Positions 27,031-32,000 of a stretch of 32,000 nucleotides of DNA are shown here, piece after piece. Source of the DNA: Deinococcus radiodurans R1 = ATCC 13939 = DSM 20539 (GTDB taxonomy: Bacteria; Deinococcota; Deinococci; Deinococcales; Deinococcaceae); assembly GCF_000008565.1 (NCBI RefSeq), contig NC_001263.1:511213-543212 (forward strand), given 5' to 3'. The position numbers and the translations under genes were made by a program. The first letter of the stretch is position 1. Every line of letters begins with the position of its first letter. The notes under the pieces were generated by a model. It was not told where the DNA came from. It saw only the letters and a program-made list of their open reading frames with translations, and searched no databases.

Positions 27031-29617
27031 GGTGGGCCTCCTGACGCGCCGCATGTTGACGGTCCTGCCGTGCCTGCTCGATATTCGGGTGATCGAGGCG
27101 AGACGCCATCCGAACTGCCCTGGGCGTGGCAGCCGGGTGCACGATGACAGCGGACAGGATCAGCACGTCCGAAAGAGCCCGTGCCGAAGCGCGTTGTTTT
27201 GACCAGCGCCGCCAGCGCCTGAGCAGAACATGTTCACCGAACGGCAGGCGGCGGGTCCAGCGCTCAAGTCGCAAGAAGCGCTCGTAAGCCGCGTCGTAGG
27301 CCAGATGTTCCAGGGTGCCACCGTCCGTATTTGAATGGTGGGCCACTTCCAGCCGCAGGTGACGATGATTAGCCAGTTGCCGCAGAAGGGCCGGAGTACA
27401 GGCAGGGTTGCGGAGAATGCTCCGCTGAACGGACGCCTGAGAGTCCATGGTCAGCTTCTCCAGGGTGGGAGGAGGCGTGCGCGGATCGCGGGCGACGGCT
27501 TCCCGAATCTCGGTCCTCGTGACATCGGCCAGCTCGGCCAGCAGTTCCGGCGTGGCGAGTGGGTGACGGACCAAGGACAACAGAATGTCTCCGTCGTTGA
27601 GAGAAGCCTTCAACACGACGCTCAGCACATTGGGGTCCACATCCTTGCGCCGGAGCAATTTTTGACGGAGCTGCGCACTCGCATCTTGCGCGAGCACAAC
27701 CTGCAATCCGAAGGCGAGTTCCTCACTGCGACTGATGATGCCGGACCTGACTTCTTCCTCCGGGTCATTGACCAGGACCTCAAGTGTTTCCTGAGGCGTG
27801 CGGGGATGTGAGGCGACCTTACAGCGCACGCGCAAGGCGTCACTCTGCCCGAGTGAAGCCAGCGCCTCCGCACTCACGTCTGGCTGACCCACTTCCTCCC
27901 ATTCGAGGTCATTGAGTTTGGCCTGCACCTGTCCGTAGCGTGGATGCTGTCGGATGACCGGACGCATAGGCTGTTCCGGCAGCCGGCGTTCCAGCGCGCC
28001 ACCAGGGGCAGCAGGATTAAGGAGGACGTTCAGGCGAACGTCCCGCAGGGGGTCGTCACTGAGGGCGACCAGAAGGTCATCCGGCGTGCTGACATTGCTG
28101 CTCAGCCCCTCCCGCACCCGGGCGTCGAACAGGGGAAGAGCCGCCAGTTCCTGTCCTGGCGTGCTCGGGCTCGCGGCCTGCGCAACGCGCTGCACTTCGG
28201 GCACCTGATCACCCAGCAACAGGGCACGGGCAGCCGACGGGGTATGCGGATTGAGGCCCACTTGCGCCCGCACCCGGGGGCTGCGGTCCCTGCTGAGCCG
28301 GACCAGCATCTCGGCGGGCGCTTGCTGGGCGGCAACGGCGAGCTTCGCATTGCGGCGGCGAGTCTCCAACGCCTGCTGCGCCTGAGCCTGGCTCAGGGGC
28401 GCCCGGCGCAGGTTGGCGACGAACTGCACGCGTTCGTTGGCGTCCTGAGCGAGCGCGTCTAGAACCTCACTGGGTGTATAGGGATGAGCCGCCACCGCCT
28501 CACGGATGGCGTAGCGCGCGTCTCCTGCCAGCAGGCTCAGGGCTTCTGGTGGGCTGCTCGGGTTGCGGGCCACTTGCAACCGGACGGCGTGGTCTCCGTC
28601 ACCGGCCAGTGCCAACAGGGTCGGTCCACTGGCGTGAGGGTGGCTGGCGACATGCTCACGAATGGTCACATGGTCCGGGTCCTGCGCCAGAGCAGCCAGT
28701 TCTTCCGGCTCTGCATTCGGGTTCTCGGCGGCGGCGGAGCGCACCCACCAGTCCGGGTCCACCGTCAGGCCCAGTCGGGCTTCTCGGGGAAGGGCCGGAT
28801 TGCGGGCCACTGCCGCCCGCTCCTCCCAGGTGCCTTTCCAGGCAAAGTTCAGCAGCAGGCTTTCTTCTAGCGGGCCTTCTTCCAGGCGCCGCAACAACGT
28901 TTCCCGCGCCTCACCGTAGGGCCGCTGCTCATCCAGCCACAGCAGCAGGTCCAGCGGAAGCAGTGGGTGGCGCGCCGCCAGTGACCAGAGCCTGCGGGTG
29001 GCCTGAATTTCCGCCGTTTCGTCCGCCGTGATTTCTGGATCAGTTCGGCGGTCGAGCAGGCGCTCGCGGAGCGGCCTGAGCACTTGCGCTGCGCACTGAG
29101 AGACCGTTGCTGTGTCCTGCGGCGCAGCCGCTTCGGGTACCGCAGGCGGCTCGGCGAGAGGAGCGGCGGGGGCTGAAGGAGACAATTTGGCTGCTGCTTT
29201 CCGGATTCGCATAGGCACGGAAGCGTTCGTCTTGAGGTACTCACAGAGGCCAGGATTTTCCTGCGCCTGGGCAATGATCCAGGTTTCTCCCCGACTGGGC
29301 CGATAGTCGAGAAGCTGTTTGATGTGCCCATTGAGGATCAGTTCGATGACTGTCTCGTCGGTCGTGGCCGGATGCTGCGCCGCTATGGCGGCTGTATATG
29401 TCCCCAGAATGCCGAGCAGGGCGAGCTGCTCGGGCGTCAGAAGCTGGGGCGTCCGCTCGGCGAGGTCTATCACCTGCGCGAGCTCGGGGGGAAAACTCAT
29501 GTGTTTCCGCGCCGCGCGCCGCACAGCCGAGTTGGAATGCGCGGCCAACTGCGCCAGGCGCGCCGCTGGTGTGCCAGGGTCGCTGGCTTCTTGAAGCAAA
29601 CCTGAGAGGGCGGTCAT
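27023..29617 (-). CDS. LRV (leucine-rich repeat variant) / HEAT-like alpha-solenoid repeat protein, 864 aa
   Basis: At least 15 units of about 23-24 aa of the form D-x-D/E-x-x-VR-x-x-(V/A)A-x-(N/H)P-x-x-P-x-x-x-L-x-x-LA. An example stretch is DWWVRSAAAENPNAEPEELAALAQDPDHVTIREHVASHPHASGPTLLALAGDGDHAVRLQVARNPSSPPEALSLLAGDARYAIREAVAAHPYTPSEVLDALAQD. Confidence 0.85.
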   Translation of the reverse strand: MTALSGLLQEASDPGTPAARLAQLAAHSNSAVRRAARKHMSFPPELAQVIDLAERTPQLLTPEQLALLGILGTYTAAIAAQHPATTDETVIELILNGHIKQLLDYRPSRGETWIIAQAQENPGLCEYLKTNASVPMRIRKAAAKLSPSAPAAPLAEPPAVPEAAAPQDTATVSQCAAQVLRPLRERLLDRRTDPEITADETAEIQATRRLWSLAARHPLLPLDLLLWLDEQRPYGEARETLLRRLEEGPLEESLLLNFAWKGTWEERAAVARNPALPREARLGLTVDPDWWVRSAAAENPNAEPEELAALAQDPDHVTIREHVASHPHASGPTLLALAGDGDHAVRLQVARNPSSPPEALSLLAGDARYAIREAVAAHPYTPSEVLDALAQDANERVQFVANLRRAPLSQAQAQQALETRRRNAKLAVAAQQAPAEMLVRLSRDRSPRVRAQVGLNPHTPSAARALLLGDQVPEVQRVAQAASPSTPGQELAALPLFDARVREGLSSNVSTPDDLLVALSDDPLRDVRLNVLLNPAAPGGALERRLPEQPMRPVIRQHPRYGQVQAKLNDLEWEEVGQPDVSAEALASLGQSDALRVRCKVASHPRTPQETLEVLVNDPEEEVRSGIISRSEELAFGLQVVLAQDASAQLRQKLLRRKDVDPNVLSVVLKASLNDGDILLSLVRHPLATPELLAELADVTRTEIREAVARDPRTPPPTLEKLTMDSQASVQRSILRNPACTPALLRQLANHRHLRLEVAHHSNTDGGTLEHLAYDAAYERFLRLERWTRRLPFGEHVLLRRWRRWSKQRASARALSDVLILSAVIVHPAATPRAVRMASRLDHPNIEQARQDRQHAARQEAHHG

Positions 29618-29620
29618 AGG

Positions 29621-30226
29621 CTAGGGTGTACTCTTCTGCGCGTACTCGACGACGATTTCTACGCGCTCGTTTTGCGGCGCGAACTTGTGACCGTTGAAAG
29701 GCGTTTGACCACCGCGGGCGGCCACCGCCAGCCGGTTCGGGCTGATGCCACCACGCAGGTAAAACGCGGCGGCGACTGCACTCGCTCGCGTAGCAGACAG
29801 GTCCCACCGCTCCGGTGTATTGGGCCTGGAGGTCTGGGTGTGCCCCTCGATCCGGATCCGCTTCCAGTTCTTTTTCTGAGAGCGCAGCACCTGAGCGAAA
29901 TCCACCAGGGCGGTCTCTCCCTCAGGCGTCAGAACAGCGCTCTCACCGACAAACATGTTCTCCGAACGAAAAACCCAACGCTGGGCGCCTGGAGGATCGT
30001 TGCGTTGCACGGGTGACAGGAGCTGAGGCCGCACCGAAAGCGGCGCACGCCGGACAGCAGCGACGACTAGCTCCTGGGCCTTGCGGTACTTCACCTGATC
30101 CCAGCCCGCTTGCCCCACCGCCAGAATACCGCCGATGAAAAAAATCAGGACAAAAATCAGGTTCAGCGTCAGGTCACTGAAAGCGATGTAAGGGTTGGTG
30201 TCGCCCCGAAGACGCGACGTGCTCAT
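29621..30226 (-). CDS. MotB/ZorB-like protein: N-terminal TM helix with conserved Asp plus an OmpA-like peptidoglycan-binding domain
   Basis: ATG directly follows GGAGGGAAGG. YIAFSDLTLNLIFVLIFFIGGILAV places Asp18 at the TM entry, as in MotB/ExbD/TolR. The C-terminus IRIEGHTQ...WDLSATRASAVAAAFYLRGGISPNRLAVAARGGQTP is an OmpA_C-like core. Confidence 0.85.
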   Translation of the reverse strand: MSTSRLRGDTNPYIAFSDLTLNLIFVLIFFIGGILAVGQAGWDQVKYRKAQELVVAAVRRAPLSVRPQLLSPVQRNDPPGAQRWVFRSENMFVGESAVLTPEGETALVDFAQVLRSQKKNWKRIRIEGHTQTSRPNTPERWDLSATRASAVAAAFYLRGGISPNRLAVAARGGQTPFNGHKFAPQNERVEIVVEYAQKSTP

Positions 30227-30250
30227 CCTTCCCTCCAGGCACGGCGGCGC

Positions 30251-31486
30251 TCAATCCCCACTTTGTACCTCGGCGCGCGAGCGGCTCAGGGCGCGGGACA
30301 ATTCGCTGAAGGAGTGATCGAGACGTGCGGCGTAATTGCTCTGCTCGGTGCGGAAGGTCTGGCCCGACTCTTCAAAGCTGTTACTTGCCCGGCCCAGTTG
30401 ATCGCCGACACGGGTGATCTGCTTGAGCAGTTCGGACGTGGTGGCCTGCACCGTGTCCTGGAGGCGACTGACCGTCGTCGCTTGCTGAGCGAGGTTCTGC
30501 TGCAACTCCGTGCTGCTCGTGCGCAGGGACGAGGCGGCGCTTTCCTGAGCCTGCACCAGGTCCGACACGCCGCGACTCAGGCCCACAGTGAGTTCCTTGA
30601 CAGACGTGTCCATCTGCCCGAAAACTTGCTCAATCTGTACACTGGTGTCCGAGAGTTGCGTCAGGCTCTGGCCCAGAGTGTCGCCCGCCTTGCCGAGCAC
30701 GCTTTCGAGTTGGACCGCCACGTCTTGCAGCCTCTTGTGAATGTCCTGAAAGCTATTGCCCGCGTCGCGCAGGTAGCGGCCCATGCGCTCCATTTGCGAA
30801 GTGATGGCGCGGGGGAAGGTGGCTGGGACAAGTTCGGCGTGTACAAAGGCGTTGAGTTCGTCCTCAAAGGTTTCCTGCGCGCGGGCGGCCAGCGCAAAGG
30901 CTACCCCGGTGCCCAGGCTTAGCAGGATGCCCCACAGACTTGCCCCAAACGCCCCCTGCATGACACTCATGGTGCTGGCAAGGGCGTCGGCAAGTTCTCC
31001 CGGCTCTGTGGCCCGCGCGGCGTTGCGGATCGGAGTCACGAGGGTTCCGATTGACCCGGCGAGGCCCATCACCGTGCCCAGCAAACCAGCGAGCATCAGC
31101 AGGTTGGGAATGTTGCGCGCCGACGAGAGGCCAGCTTGTGCGGCGGCGCCCACGGCCTGCGTCGCCGCCTGCAAGTCCGGCGTGGCAAGAGTCCGGGCGC
31201 GGGTCACAGCCACCACCGCTTGCCGCACGGCGCTGGTGGCGGGCAAGGCCTGCGCGGCACGCCAGGCGTCCTCAGCCACTTCGTCGGATTCTGGCGGGTC
31301 CTCGGTGTCTAGGGCAGGCAAGACTACCTGGCGGATTTGTTCTAGAAAGCTCCGTTCCTGTTGGCGCCGCTGACGAGCCACGGCCAGGGCCCGCATGAAG
31401 TAAAGAGTAAGCGGCAACATGACGGCGAGCAGGACCAGCCAGCCTTCGGGCCTCAACTGAAAGAGGGTATTCAGAAATTCACTCAT
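30251..31486 (-). CDS. MotA/ExbB/TolQ-family proton-channel protein with a ~215-aa C-terminal helical tail (ZorA-like architecture)
   Basis: TM1 is WLVLLAVMLPLTLYF. The channel core NIPNLLMLAGLLGTVMGLAGSIG ... MQGAFGASLWGILLSLGTGVAFALAA carries the LLGTVxG signature. Residues from about 195 to 411 are Q/S/T/L-rich helix with no TM segment. Confidence 0.85.
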   Translation of the reverse strand: MSEFLNTLFQLRPEGWLVLLAVMLPLTLYFMRALAVARQRRQQERSFLEQIRQVVLPALDTEDPPESDEVAEDAWRAAQALPATSAVRQAVVAVTRARTLATPDLQAATQAVGAAAQAGLSSARNIPNLLMLAGLLGTVMGLAGSIGTLVTPIRNAARATEPGELADALASTMSVMQGAFGASLWGILLSLGTGVAFALAARAQETFEDELNAFVHAELVPATFPRAITSQMERMGRYLRDAGNSFQDIHKRLQDVAVQLESVLGKAGDTLGQSLTQLSDTSVQIEQVFGQMDTSVKELTVGLSRGVSDLVQAQESAASSLRTSSTELQQNLAQQATTVSRLQDTVQATTSELLKQITRVGDQLGRASNSFEESGQTFRTEQSNYAARLDHSFSELSRALSRSRAEVQSGD

Positions 31487-31489
31487 GGT

Positions 31490-32000
31490 TTACCCGAACA
31501 CGCTGTAGCGTTGGCCGAAGGGATGCTCAACGTCATCAGGGTGGTATTCGCACTTCAGGCCCTGGCCGATGACGTCCTCGAAGGTTTCGCCCACTGGGCC
31601 ACCACAGACCCGGCAGTAGTACCCCTGAGTGTTGGCAACGCGGCCTTTGGGCAGCCGTTCTCCCTTGTCCTTGTACAGGCCGTCAATGAGGTTGTTATCG
31701 GGCGGAAATGTCTCCAGCAGGGCCTGTCTCAGGTCAGCATCCTGCGTCAGGTACGCCATCAGGGCCGTCTGGGCTGCCTGATCGCTCCAGTCCCGAACAG
31801 CGCGGGCGCTGCTGCTGCTCATATTGTCGTGTAGCCATTTGACGTAAGCCTGCCTTCCCTCGGCGGGCGTGGGGTAACGGCCCACGATGGCTTTGCGCCG
31901 TGCCTCTATCTCGCTACGCAGGTACGTCGCGGCATTTGTGAGGCTCTTGGAGGGCCGCGAGCTGTCCTGCGGCTCAAAGGCCAGTTGCCGCGCGGCCTTG
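31490..32000 (-). CDS. hypothetical protein, C-terminal part only (first gene of the operon; frame stays open to the right edge)
   Basis: The track start GTG 31885 is not the real start. The same frame reads on without a stop to position 32000 (...KAARQLAFEPQDSSRPSKSLTNAATYLRSEIEARRKAIVGRYPTPAEG...). It contains YYCRVCGGPVGETFEDVIGQGLKCEYH (CxxC...CxxH). The stop is 3 nt before the MotA-like start. Confidence 0.65.
   Translation of the reverse strand, partial: KAARQLAFEPQDSSRPSKSLTNAATYLRSEIEARRKAIVGRYPTPAEGRQAYVKWLHDNMSSSSARAVRDWSDQAAQTALMAYLTQDADLRQALLETFPPDNNLIDGLYKDKGERLPKGRVANTQGYYCRVCGGPVGETFEDVIGQGLKCEYHPDDVEHPFGQRYSVFG

Noticed and set aside
24952-27054. Annotating the kinase-fold protein as an active Ser/Thr kinase starting at the track ATG 27054
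   Set aside because: - The Gly loop, beta3 Lys, HRD Asp, catalytic Asn and DFG Asp are all substituted.
- ATG 27030 has an AGGAGG box and a tidy 8-nt overlap, whereas 27054 would overlap the LRV gene by 32 nt.

Overview
High-GC, Deinococcus-like chromosomal window in three blocks. I recall the dnaE-mrr neighbourhood from D. radiodurans but cannot verify that here.

(1) 1-7229, core genes: the 5' part of dnaE (minus strand, runs off the left edge), an Mrr-type restriction nuclease, a two-TM membrane protein, a membrane PAS protein, a fused ABC ATPase-permease, an EamA/DMT transporter, and tRNA-Arg(TCT).

(2) 7150-24794, a ~17.6-kb integrative element inserted in the 3' half of tRNA-Arg. It is bounded by a 46-bp direct repeat with one mismatch. 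It encodes a tyrosine integrase, an XRE/cI-like repressor divergent from a 10-gene plus-strand operon, an excisionase-like HTH protein and a Prim-Pol/DUF3987 primase-helicase. I recognise no capsid, terminase, tail or lysis genes, so it looks like a P4/PICI-like satellite or integrative element rather than a full prophage. It is saturated with short repeats absent from the flanks:
- an island-specific C4-6-AGCGCT-GCCC 14-mer, with at least 28 CAGCGCTG cores and many copies at gene ends;
- two clusters of CCCCTAAAACC..CTGGGCTACTC iteron-like boxes;
- a GCGCCCAGACGGTAAAA family confined to about 2.5 kb of non-coding DNA;
- paired GTCAAACG arm-type sites at both ends.

(3) 24952 to beyond 32000, directly after attR and with patches of lower GC: a tightly coupled five-gene minus-strand operon. 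In transcription order it encodes a partial Cys/His protein, a MotA/ExbB-like channel with a ~215-aa helical tail, a MotB/OmpA-like protein, an 864-aa LRV/HEAT-like repeat protein, and a transmembrane protein whose Ser/Thr-kinase fold has lost every catalytic residue (pseudokinase). This Zorya-like stator module with non-Zorya partners is my best candidate for an undescribed system, possibly an envelope-coupled defence or signalling system. No CRISPR array or rRNA was seen.
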